DNA of 64,000 nucleotides from positions 46,316,001-46,380,000 of the forward strand of contig NW_024704743.1 of assembly GCF_018977255.1 (NCBI RefSeq). Direction: 5' to 3'. The notes below the pieces were generated by a model, which was not told the origin of the DNA, made no database searches, and was given only the letters and a program-made list of their open reading frames with translations. Below, piece after piece: positions 1 to 11,305 of the stretch. Each line of letters begins with the position of its first letter. Positions within the stretch are counted from its first letter, which is position 1. A program made the position numbers and the translations under genes. The stretch is from Callorhinchus milii (taxonomy: Eukaryota).

Positions 1-1164
1 CAGGTTTTGGTGACAGATGGCAGAATCGTGGTGGTGTCGCACAGCTTGTGTGTAGGAATGACACACTAAAGTATATAGTGCTCAATGTTCATAGGACCTT
101 TAATATATCTGCTTAAATTAGCCCTGGCGCATTTCTTATATAGGACTGATACATTGCTGCCAGAACTTGTGCCCATTGAAGCCAAAACCCCAAATCATGG
201 CCGGTCTTCCATTGCTATCCAATAAATCCAAGTGCTGGAAATAAATATTTTGTGCATTTGAAGTATGATCGAAACCAGGTGTTTTCAAACCACCTGCCAA
301 ACTGACTTGAAACTAAACTCTGTAGTTTCTTCACTAAAACCCGATCCCCTTGCCCTACAATCTGTATTTTCAGCTACAGAAAGGAAAACACTCAATGCGA
401 CGTTTCCCCTGCATCCACAATAAAAATGCATAAGGTATTTTAAAATAATCCTACAATTGTCTAAACCTATTGTTCCAAGTACTGTCTGAAAAGAAGCATA
501 GTACAAAATGTGAAGACTTATTACAATATAAAGACATTTTCTAAAAGAACATAGTGCTCTATTAGAGCTATGGAGTTTTAGGCTGCTGGATTTTACAATA
601 CTTGGTTTAATTCTGCAAGCAGGGGGAATGTTAGCAGCACTTTTCATTTGAAGTTTGCCTGTCTGAGTGGGCTCGCTAGCCTAAATGGTTGTTCTCATTC
701 CATGCTCTCATATTTTATTATGAGCTTTGACCACAGAGTCACCACAGACCATCCGGTTCTTTTCTTGTGGATGAAGGAGCCAATTGAAAGATGTTCAAAT
801 ACACACGTACAATAGAATCCTTTAATTTGCTGTAATATAACATGGGTTCACTTATTCCTGGCAAGTTAAGGGCATGGATCCTGATATTTACTGTCCAAAA
901 TATCAAAAGTACAGCAATGTAGAAAGTCATTCAAGCTCGCTTCAAAACACTGGCCAACGCTTCTCGCGTGTTGCAAAGTGGCTTTTTGAAGTAAGCCAGC
1001 TGTCTATGCACAAGTGTTGTGAGTGCAAGTTGTTGACCAGTGTTTGCGGTGCTGCGGATTTTATGGACTTTGGCTATCAAGTTATAACAGGGCTTCCCAA
1101 TACCAAATTCTGAATATTTTTTTAAGAAACTGTTACATCCATGAATCCAAGATCTGTCCACCAG

Positions 1165-1555
1165 ATAGGAATTTTAAACTGTCTGCCTGTTCAGGTGGAC
1201 TTTAAAGATCCCACGGGACTACTTGCAAAGAGAAAATACTTTCTCCCAGGGTTCATGCAAACAATCCTCCTGATAAAATTGATCATTCACTTCAAGGCTG
1301 TTTGTGGAACATTACTGGTCCCAAATGAACCGCACATTGAAATAGTCTCACTACACTTCACAGTAATAAATCCCCCAAATAAAATTGGTCATTCAACTTC
1401 CTGGCTGTTTATGGGACATTGATGTGAGCAAATTGGCTGTTACATTCACCCACAAAATGCAAAACAATTACTCCACTTTACAGCTGTGAAGTGCTTTGAG
1501 ATGTCCTCCTGATGTGAAAGTTGCTATACCAAATATAAGGATTATTACTATTATT
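1165..1555 (+). mobile_element. 5'-truncated DeuSINE with a partly duplicated body
   Basis: TCTGCCTGTTCAGGTGGACTTTAAAGATCCCA; GGCTGTTT(G/A)TGG module present twice; tail AAGGATTATTAC. Confidence 0.7.
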
Positions 1556-3309
1556 AGACTGCTGCAGATTGGCAACATTTCAATCCTATTTCAGATTTCT
1601 AGCCTCTTTCAGTTGTCCTTATTTCAGCAAAGACCACTACCTCAAACCATTCAGTTAAGTTCTCAATGGGTTGTTATATAAATACAAGAATCACTTAAAT
1701 ATTATATTTTCTAGCCTGTTAACTTATTTTATTGGTAGCCTGAATTTACATAGATTTACATAGACTATACAGCATGGAAACAGACCATTCAGCCTAACCA
1801 ATCCACGCGGGTGTTAATATACCACATGAGTCTCCATCCACTCCTTACTACCTTCCTTATCCTTCTATTCCCTTCTCCATCATGTATATACTGTATTTAA
1901 TATACACATTACAAATTCTCTGCAGTGATTTTACAGAATTTTGATTCCTGCTTTACACCAATTTCTGCTTTTCTCAGTGACCTTGTAGTTTGTGAATGTG
2001 TTCAGCTCTCAAGGCAGCTGTGCTATAGGAGAAATCTTATTTGTGACATTTTCAGTTTCTTCTGCAATTGTAAAAAAATAGAAGAGCCACAGACTAGATA
2101 GGTGCGAGCATTCCTTATTAAGATGACAAGTTTTTCTATAAGGTGATAGCTTCAATAATGGGTTCAATTCTGTCCTTGTCACTTCTTATTACTACTCAGG
2201 AATGTTATGTTCTAGCCTTGACAGATTCAACTTTTTGATCAAGTGTGATATCATATGATTAATTCACAGATAGTTTCTCACAGGATCGCAAGTGTATCCT
2301 GGAACAAGTATATAGTTCACTGCACTATCTACAATCTTGAATAAACGTCACATTTCTTGTGCGGGTCTCAGTGCCCTACAATAGACTGATTTCCTTAATC
2401 ATAATGAATTTCCTTTGCCATAATGGATTTAATATAGCATAATGGCCTGGCCGCTACAATACAGTACACCCAGTGATACATTGCAGTGGAAGACACATGT
2501 AGCTTATTTGACATTTGTCATCAATTTTAATGGCGTTTCCAAGCAATTTAGTAAACGTTTGAACACAAAATAGGTTTTACTTATGTACCATGAGTCGTTT
2601 TTGAATTACTCTCGAAAGTGCAACTTTATCCCTGTGTCAAAAAGCACCCTTTGTGCACTTGGGTTACTTTTCTGTTCTTTGCAATGTAATGTCAGTTTGG
2701 GATTCATGTTCATTGAAGGACTGGATGGATTCTGCCAGAGCTCACTTCACTTGTGATCCATAACATTCATTAGGGAGAAATGATGCTTTAACCACGCTAC
2801 CCAAGGCTAGAATTGAACCCATTCTACTGGTGAAGGCCATTGTCTCTGATTGATGTCTCTTCCTACAGCACAAGATAGCTGATCGAGGAACAGAGTTTTA
2901 CTACTGCTCATTCTGAGCAATGCTTCTGATATAGAATTGCTCATTGATGCAGGCATTTGACTCTCCCTCTACTGTTCTGTCATACTTACAGATTGTGTAG
3001 TTTACAGGCTTTGAAATTAATGTTTCCATAAAATCTACATGCTGGAGTAGAGGATATCAGATACGCTTACGAATACACGGTTACTACACTTTACAATATA
3101 TCCTATGAAACGCTATGAGATGTCCTCCAGATGTGAAAAGGTACTAGATCAAATGTAAGGATTGTTATTTTTATTCATCTGCAGCTAATTTTTTACTCTC
3201 TCATTAATCAGCACTAATTTGTGTCTGACTATAAAATAGGAGCAATACTGCCATTGTAAGGTGGAACAGTTTCGTTTTTGCAAAATCTAATATATAATAT
3301 TTGCAACAA

Positions 3310-3748
3310 AGGAAGGATTTGCAGTTTATGGCTGGCTCTTGTAATGTCGAGGCATCTCAAAATGCTACATAGTGATTGCCATCAAGTGTAGTGACTGTTT
3401 TTTGTAGGGAAACCAGTGCACCATTTTGCATACAGGAAAATCCAATATAGAACTATGAAGTGATTTAACCTCATTAATCTGGAGGGTTGTTGGCTAGGGC
3501 AGTGGGAGAATCTCATTTTTCAGTTAGTATCTTAGGATCTTTGAAGTCCAAATCAAATAGGGAAGAACAGACGGGGGAGGGGACTTCAGTTTAATGTCTC
3601 ATTAGAAGGATGTCACCCCTGACAATGCAGTGTTTTTCCAGTACTGCACTGGTGTCAGCTCAGAGTATGAGTTCAAGTCCCAATGTGGGGCTTGAACCCA
3701 CAATCTTTCGACCAAGCAACAAAGGTGCTACTAACTGAGCGAAGCTCC
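3310..3748 (-). mobile_element. SacSINE1-like DeuSINE
   Basis: CAGTTTAATGTCTCATT, CAGTACTGCACTGGTGTCAGC, GGGCTTGAACCCACAA. Confidence 0.78.
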
Positions 3749-5119
3749 CACTAGTTAAAAAAAAGTGAAAAATAAACACTGCAGAATAAATTCATAGAAT
3801 AGAGCTTTGGGTAAAATTCAGCAAATGTTATTGCCTCACTTCATTCACAGTGTTGTGGAGGTTCAATACCCTCCCTTCCCCCTCCTCCCAGCGACAGCGA
3901 TAGCATAAACAGAGAATTCTAAACATGTGATGTCCCCTTTAGTGGCAGTAACCTGGTTCTGCTTTGTGTGTTTTACCTACTTCATGGGCGCCCTATCTGG
4001 AAAGCAGTCAACTTTTACCATTCCTGGCTGATGATCTTCCCAGTTACTGCAGTAAGTGCATATGTACTGGTGGTCACAAATATCATAGCATTCTCATTTT
4101 TAGTAGCAAGTCTTATTACGTCCTTTGGATGAGGCATTAAACTGAGCTCCTGTCTGCCTATTCAGGTGGAAGTTAAAGATCCCACTTTACATAAAATCTA
4201 TGAAATGCTTTGGGAAGTTTTGACATAAGGCACTATGTCAAATGCAAGGATTATTATTATATGTTATTTCAATGTCTATGATCAGCAATAATGGAAATGA
4301 TGTTTGAAAATGCAGCACTGTGTTGCAATGTTGAACAGAGTGCAGTTTGTACATGTAAAAATAATAGAAGCATGGTCTGAGGAGGTCAGAGTGTCACTAT
4401 ACCTCAATCCTATCAACATAGGAACATGGAATGCAATTGAGAAGTGTTTCACAAAACTCAGTTACTTACAGAAGTGATATATTTCTCTCGGTTAAGAGGT
4501 CGCTGCAATTTGTGGCTTCATATCATTTATTACGTAATCTGCGGTTCTAAACTTCAAATATTTAGTGTCAATTTCAGGAAAAGTAGTTTCAGTTAATACT
4601 TGTGGCTTGGCATTGAAAGCTGAGGTTTAACCTATGTACCCCGTGAGAATGTGTTTAAAGAAGACTTTAGGGTATAACCTGCAGGTAGCTGAGGTAGCTT
4701 CATAGACAGGAAACTTACTGTTGCACCATTCCTTCTGTGTCTAAATTTACAGACTGTTGGAGAGTGAGCTGCTTCTTTATTCTCTTATTTTCTGTTGAAT
4801 TCATGGGCTAGAAGCTCATTAGTAAAATGCTGTGCATTTCCATCTCTTCAGCGATTGCATGCACCACAGGATATGCAATAAAACTGAAGCAAAACAAGCA
4901 CTTTCCATTCATTTATGTAGACTGCTTGATGCCCTAATGCAAGGGCAGTTGAGTTGTTACTCTGGAAGATTGGAATTAAGTGCACTAAAGAGTCTTGCTC
5001 ATTCACATCTCTGGTGATCACTGCTTCTGTGTTCATTCCTTCTGTTTTAGCCATTGTTCAGTAACCGCTTGATCAAGAACTTGCCCAATGTAATGTTACA
5101 TTACTTCCCTGTTGAAATC

Positions 5120-6095
5120 GTGGAGTTCCTGGTACCCACCATCCACCTAGTGAGGGCTCAAACCTGTGCTTGTCGGATGTAAAACAACCAGCTAGTGACT
5201 TTTCTCCTCGGGTGGAGGGTGGAGATAAGTCATGTTTCCTTGGAGCTGAACTGGCTCCAAGATGACATGTTTGGCAATGAAATGTCAGAATTGAGCCAAC
5301 CCTCTGTGGTGGTCATGGTAGTCTGGTTCCTGAGCCAGGTGTGTCTGCAGTATTCCAGGGCACTGCTGATGACGGCACAGCCCAGCCTGGCTCATCGGCA
5401 GGACTTAGAAAGGCAGACCAATCACTGGGGGTAGGGAATCCTCCCACTCAGCTCCTGTTAACCCTGCAAGTTAAAGCCAAATCTTAAAATTAAAGCTGGG
5501 CCATTTAAGAGTGAAATCGGGAAGCACTTTGTCACACAAAGGGTAGTGGAAATCTGGAATGCACTTCCATTAAATGCTGTTGATGCTGCATCATTTCAAA
5601 TTTTCAAGACTGCGGTTGATAGTTTTTTTTTAGTTAAAGGTATCAACAGATATGGAACAAAGGCAGGTAAATGGAGTTAACGTACCATGGTCTAGTAGAA
5701 TGGCGGAACAGACTTGAGGGGCTGAATGGCCTACTCCTGTTCCTATGTTCCCTGACTGGTAGGGTGGTCCCAGTTTGACAAGCAGCGGGAAAGCTTGCCA
5801 GACAGCGATATCAATGGCAAGCTATGTGGTTTTAGCTGGTTGGACTCCAGCACTACCCAAACGCACACTCTGGGATTCCCAAGCCTTGGATCTTGCCAAC
5901 CTGCGCCTAATACTGGAGCCACAAAGACAAGATATTAATGCCTGCATTTCTAGGGAGAGAGTGCGCATTCCATTCCAACAACCTATCGCTGGGATTTCAA
6001 TATGTATGTAGGATGCATGGAAATCTCAGCTTGGTTTGGATACTCTTAAGCATAGTGATGGGTCTCCACATGTGGCAGACACCCAGCTGAACAAA
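5120..6095 (+). repeat. Unclassified interspersed repeat, longest copy (split by CR1). Other copies: 6640-7170+, 12205-12435-, 13160-13215+, 40290-40495+, 43465-43890-, 59525-59720+, 60735-61400+
   Basis: Shared blocks TTTTAGCTGGTT, TTGCCAACCTGC(A/G)C(C/T)TAA, GGGAGAGAGTG, GGTTTGGATACTCTTAAG, GACACCCAGCTGA. Confidence 0.8.
5480..5751 (+). mobile_element. CR1 LINE 3' end inserted in an unclassified repeat
   Basis: CACACAAAGGGTAGTGGAAATCTGGAA (TQRVVEIWN); tail GGGGCTGAATGGCCTACTCCTGTTCCTATGTTC. Confidence 0.88.
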
Positions 6096-6267
6096 ACAAA
6101 AAACTGCAAACACTGCACACACCCTTTCTTTCCTGAAAAATGTGTATAGTAACATAAGAAAACAAGAAAAAAATGATCTGGTCCATCAAACCAACTCACT
6201 TTACATACAATGAAAATTCACCAGAATACAAAAGCGGAAAATGATGAGAAATGTTTTGAAAAAAAAC

Positions 6268-6402
6268 CCCAAAATACTGCAGTTGCTGGAAATCTGAAAA
6301 CAAAAACAGAAGTCGCTGGGAATAGTCAGCAGGTCAGGCAGCATCTATGGAGAAAGGAAAGTGAGGCAACGTTTCGGGTCCACGACCCTTTCGTCAGAAC
6401 TG
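6268..6402 (-). mobile_element. Second copy of the Penelope-like terminal repeat (single arm)
   Basis: AAAATACTGCAG.TGCT.GAA.TCTGAAA...CAGCAGGTCAGGCAGCATCTATGGAGAAAGGAAAGTGAG matches 60822-60945. Confidence 0.85.
6365..6402 (-). ncRNA. Minimal hammerhead ribozyme-like motif
   Basis: Minus strand reads CAGUU-CUGACGA-AA-GGGUC(GUG)GACCC-GAAAC-GUU-GCC. Confidence 0.5.
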
Positions 6403-8045
6403 GGGCTTGTTGGGAGGGAATGAATCAGAATCAGGTTTAAGCAAATAGCCTGCTGAAACTAATGAAAAATATACATTTCAAATTTGATTCAGTTTAATGT
6501 GATATATTACAAACAACATTGGGAACTAGGGAATCCTGAGTTAAAACTCTGGAAGGAGTTACAACTACACACATCACAAAATCAACCATATAAAGTTGGT
6601 TTCCTAGGTGTTTTTTTTGCTAGTATTCAATCAGCTGATCTGGCTGGCTCCAAGGTGATGTACATGACAACAGAGTCAACACTTGGTGGCCGGCTTGGGA
6701 GTCCAGTTCCTGAGCCAGATTGGTTGCAGACTAACCAACCAGCCTTACTCACCAGCAGGACTTGAACAGATCAGTCACTGGGGCATGGATTCTTCCCAGT
6801 AAGCTCCTGTAACGCTGTAAGCCAAAGGCCTAACAGATAGAGTATTGCTCGATGGTCAAGCTGCCTGGAAGTTTGCCAGACAATATCTGCAAACTGCAAA
6901 CTAAGTCGTTTTAGCTGGTTAAAACCCAGCAGTACCCCCATTGCATATTCTAGCGTCCCTAAGCCTTAACTTTTGCAAACCTGAGTCTAATACTTTTCAG
7001 AATTCGATAAGCAAGGTGCATCCTTCTGGGGAGAGAGTGTGCACTGCATTACAATCGCAGGGATATCTCCATGCATGGATAGCATGCATATGTGGAGCTC
7101 TTATTGTGGTGTGGAAAGTCTTACACATGACGATAGGTTTCCATGTGTGTCAGGTAACCGTATGACTAAAAGAAATAGGGTGAAGCTCATTTCAGTAAAA
7201 CAGAAATCGGTAAATAAATTCATTGGTCACAGAGTGGACTGGAGAGATTGTCAGAGCCAGTTCACTTACTACATTTTTCTTTTTTTAATCTGTGGTTTTA
7301 TCAACTTGACCGGCTATGGACCTGAGCCCAGAAGGGGCCTTGCTGCCTTGTTGCAGTACACAAAGATTTGCAGTTCCTGCCAGAAACCATGGGCAGAGGT
7401 TGCTAAATTTTGACTTCCTATTAAGCAGGACAGGAATAATAATAATAAACCTTGCATTTGATATAGCCTCTGCTCACTGTAGAAGAAGACCATTTTATTA
7501 GTGGGGGCGTGGGGGAGGAAGAGAAGGGCTGCTCTTCGAACTCTGAATATGTACATTTATATATTAATACTTTTGAACCGCAGCCTTTTGGTCAGGCAAA
7601 GCAAACAAAAGAACCCTTGTAGTCTTCTGAAAACAGTAATGATATTGGCCCACTTTGCACATGTACATTATGTTCCATTTAACTCTAAAAGTAGAAAAAA
7701 AATACAAAATATTAAACTCCAGAGGCCTGCCTGAAAATTTAGCTAGTCTGCTTCATTCACTGCTTGTGGTGAACTGTTTAATGTTTACTTCTAATAGGAT
7801 TTCCTCTTGTAAGTTTACATTGACTGATTGCCTATGTTCTTATAATTAACAGGGTAGAATAACCCCCAAAGCAGAAGAGTTTGTGTATCAGTCTTTTGCT
7901 TAGTCTCCTGTTGTCATCCCTGTCGATATTACTCTTCATAACAATCTGCTCACTTTGCTATTATTCAGTGGCAAGGTCGGATCATTTATTTAGTAGCGGT
8001 GAGGACGATGGTGATTGGGGCCTTATTATTTAAATCAAGCATGTA

Positions 8046-8450
8046 TCAGGCTGGCTTAGTTGGTAAAACTCTCGTCTCTGAGTCAGAAGATTATGGGTTC
8101 AAATCCTACTTCAGGACTTGGAACTCATATAATCGAAGATGACGCTCCAATGAGGCATGGGAGTGTGCTGCAGTGTTTGGATGCGATGTTCAGCTGAGAC
8201 ATTAAACTGAGCTGAATGGCTGCCTGTTCAGTTCGACATTAAAGATTCCATGGCACTTTTCAAAAAAAGAGGTGTTTCTCTTGATGTCCTGGCCAACCAT
8301 CACCCAATTGAAATTGGTCATTCACTCGTTGGCTGTTTGTGGGACATTTCTGTGCATAAATTGGCTGTCGCATTTCCCATAAGTACTAAAATTTGTGAAG
8401 TTGTTTGGGACGTTCTCCTGACATACCATATGCAAGGATTATTATTAATA
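8046..8450 (+). mobile_element. SacSINE1-like DeuSINE
   Basis: TCTCTGAGTCAGAAGATTATGGGTTCAAATCC; GAGACATTAAACTGAG; AAGATTCCATGGCAC. Confidence 0.8.
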
Positions 8451-8542
8451 ATAAACATTTTGAATAATAAAATATAGGTTGTGTTTTTTCCAAGAGGGAT
8501 GGTGCTCGATTCACATTAACACACAAGATACATATTGCCATT

Positions 8543-8815
8543 TAATAATAATCCTTTCATTTGATATAGCATCTTATCACATCGTCTAGATGTCTCAAAG
8601 GACTTTGCAGAATAAACTGTAAAGTGAATTGACTGTATATTTTGCGGGCAAAACACAGCAGCCAATTGCACACAGCAGTGTTGAACAAACAGTCGTGGAT
8701 TGAGTGACCAAATTATTATTCTTATTAGTCTTCAGCTCCCCTCTCGACTCTCTACCCCCTCCTCGCTCCCTCCCTTCCCTCCCCTCACCCTGACCATTTC
8801 CTCCCTGCTCAGTCA

Positions 8816-8847
<32 letters not shown>

Positions 8848-9026
8848 GGGATTAGTACCCCCAGAGAGTGATCTGCCAATCCCCTAACAACCAGGTTCCC
8901 ACTTACTGCTGGATAAACAGAAGAGTGTGAAGTAAGGAAAATTGACGGTTTCACCCTGCTCAGGAAGCAAACCCGGGTCCTCTCACTTGTGAGGCGAGTG
9001 CTCTAACCAACATGCTGCAGGACTCC
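8543..9026 (-). mobile_element. tRNA-Ala-like SINE containing an L2 3'UTR fragment and (TGTC)n
   Basis: Reverse complement matches the 18534 copy, with an insert at 8730-8847. Confidence 0.9.
8811..8847. repeat. (TGTC)n microsatellite
   Basis: Direct reading. Confidence 0.95.
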
Positions 9027-9956
9027 ACCATTTGGCAGGCAATAACAGATGTACCCTTTATAATTGCTGTGCCATGCTCCAATGCAATTGATTCACATTT
9101 GACTCCATGTGCCAATTCATAACATTGAGATCTTCTCTTCAATGCTCTTTTACAAAACCCTTGTATTTGTCAGTTAGCCACATAGCGTGGTACCATCAGG
9201 AAATGTTACATTCTAATTTGTGAATGTTTTTACGTTTAACACCTCAATCTGCTTTCAATAGTGTTGGCTTCCAACTCATTCTTTTGTGCTGTAGAATCAT
9301 GGATGTTCCAGCACAGATGGATGTCATTCTATCCATCAATATGTGTGTGGTGCTTACTCCACTTCTAGTGCTATCTCCTCTAATCTCAATTACCTGCTCA
9401 TTTCCTGTACTTTTTTTTATATTGTTGGCCTTCAAATTCAATTTGCCTTTGAATGATTTCATGGTCGTACCTTCAATAGCCTCTTGTAATAAAGTGTTTT
9501 ATGTTCTAATAGCCCTTTATGTGAACATAATTCTTCCTACATTCCCTTACTCGTCCCCCCCATCCCCCCAAAGTTCCAGAAAGAACCTGGAGCTCATTCA
9601 TACGATGCCCGTTCACTATAATGCAGACGGACTATGGTGTACCGAAGTGCGGTACAGGGGTAAACTTTCGCTGCCGACTGGCTGGCTTCTTGAATAAGGT
9701 TTATATGCAAAGCATGCAGGAAGTGATGTCAGGATGACCTGACCAGCAGCATTTCTAACATACCCTATTATAATGCGGGGTCTGAATTTATATTCCCAAA
9801 AACTACTATGTTAAAATGGGATTGGCCTGTCCTGCTGCTGTACTTCAGCAAAATAACACAAGGCAGAATATCAGGGAATAGTGAGCTGAACAACACCTAA
9901 AAACACCATGCAGTCTACCTTCAATTGTTCAGAGTTCAACTATAAAATGCACAGTC

Positions 9957-10046
9957 GCTCCACTTTATAGACATCTAGACAATGTGCTCCACTTTATAGA
10001 CATCTAGACAATGTGCTCCACTTTATAGACATCTAGACAATGTGCT
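9957..10046. repeat. Perfect tandem triplication of a 29-bp unit
   Basis: GCTCCACTTTATAGACATCTAGACAATGT x3, followed by GCT. Confidence 0.95.
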
Positions 10047-10344
10047 AAATATCAACTGCGAGGATTATTTTAAGCATTCTAAAAGACCATGATTTCAGAC
10101 AGTTACATGCAACTTAGTTATATTTTTAGTATACATTCTATTAAGACCATCACAACATTCTGTACAGAGAAGGGCTGATCTCTCACCTCCCTTTCCCCCA
10201 AACATATTCAAAGGTAACTGACTTAGAAACACAATTTTGTAAATACACTGCTGACTCTTAAGTTGTTTATTAATTTGAGATCCTTTAAGGTTATATAATG
10301 GTCTTCATAGATATATAACATTTGGCTAATTATAGACCCTCAGT

Positions 10345-10565
10345 ACAATATCAAAGAATATGAAATGGTCATATCAGGCCATACAAAGGTGCTCGTAGCT
10401 AATATCAGGCTATATAGAACTGTTCACTGTTAATATCAGACTGTACTAGTGTAATCTCAAGCTATATAGAAGGCTCATTATTAATATCAGACAATTTAAA
10501 GTTAGTCACTGCTAATATCAGGCCTTACAGAGATATTCGCTGTTAATATGAAACCATATAGTTGT
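10345..10565. repeat. Degenerate ~30-bp minisatellite
   Basis: Recurrent TAATATCAG(G/A)C at roughly 20-31 bp spacing, about 7-8 units. Confidence 0.7.
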
Positions 10566-10599
10566 ATATAACTCACGTTCTTCACTAGTTGAACTGTCT

Positions 10600-11305
10600 C
10601 TTGCTGTCCAAACAGTGTGTGGCAGCAATAAGTAAGGCAAACAAGATGCTGGGCTATGTCTCCAAATCTTTTATATTTAGCTGTACAGAGCACAGGTTAG
10701 AGAGCACACCTGGAGCTACCTGGAATAGTATGTACATCTCTGATTGTTATAACATAAACAGGCTGCCAGTGTCTTTCAGGAGAACAGCAAAGCTGATCCC
10801 CAGTGTTGAAGTGATGATCTATGAGGAACGCCTAGATTAAACCTTGAAAAGACATGTCTGAAATTTGGTACTTGAAGCATGAGTTGCCCCAAGTACCAAA
10901 GAGAGGAAGATAAATGAATCAGGGTTTTAAAAAAGACATGCTAACTGGAAGAGATACTTTCTTAGTGCTGTTGAATTGCTGTTGAATGCTGTGAGCATGC
11001 CGTGGAGCTGTTATTTGTGATTAGACTGACGTACCTATCAAAATTATAAGATAAAACTGTTTGAGGTACAATGGTAACTAAAGGGCATACATTTAAGATC
11101 TTTTTATCAAAATCCGAATGAGAGGTTGAGAGATTTTTTCTGATACAGAATTTTGATAGGATGTGGAATAAGTCATGAAAAGTGATGGTTGAAGCAGAAT
11201 TTGTTACCTTTTAAAAGGTAATCGACTAAATGAATAGTATTCTTAGAGAGCTGGTGCACACACGATGGACTGAATGGCTTTCTTCGGTACTGCAACATTT
11301 TCTAT
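10600..11305 (+). mobile_element. Decayed CR1 fragments (RT C-terminus and 3' tail)
   Basis: SKQCVAAISKANKMLGY in ORF 10589; GATGGACTGAATGGCTTTCTTC tail. Confidence 0.7.

Noticed and set aside
9224..9697. 157-aa hydrophobic ORF
   Set aside because: It overlaps an antisense CR1-tail-like segment and a MITE-like piece; no splice signals or recognisable domain.
10345..10565. CRISPR-like array (recurrent TAATATCAG with variable intervals)
   Set aside because: The repeat is ~10 bp and degenerate, the intervals resemble each other, the context is vertebrate and there are no cas genes. It is a decayed minisatellite.
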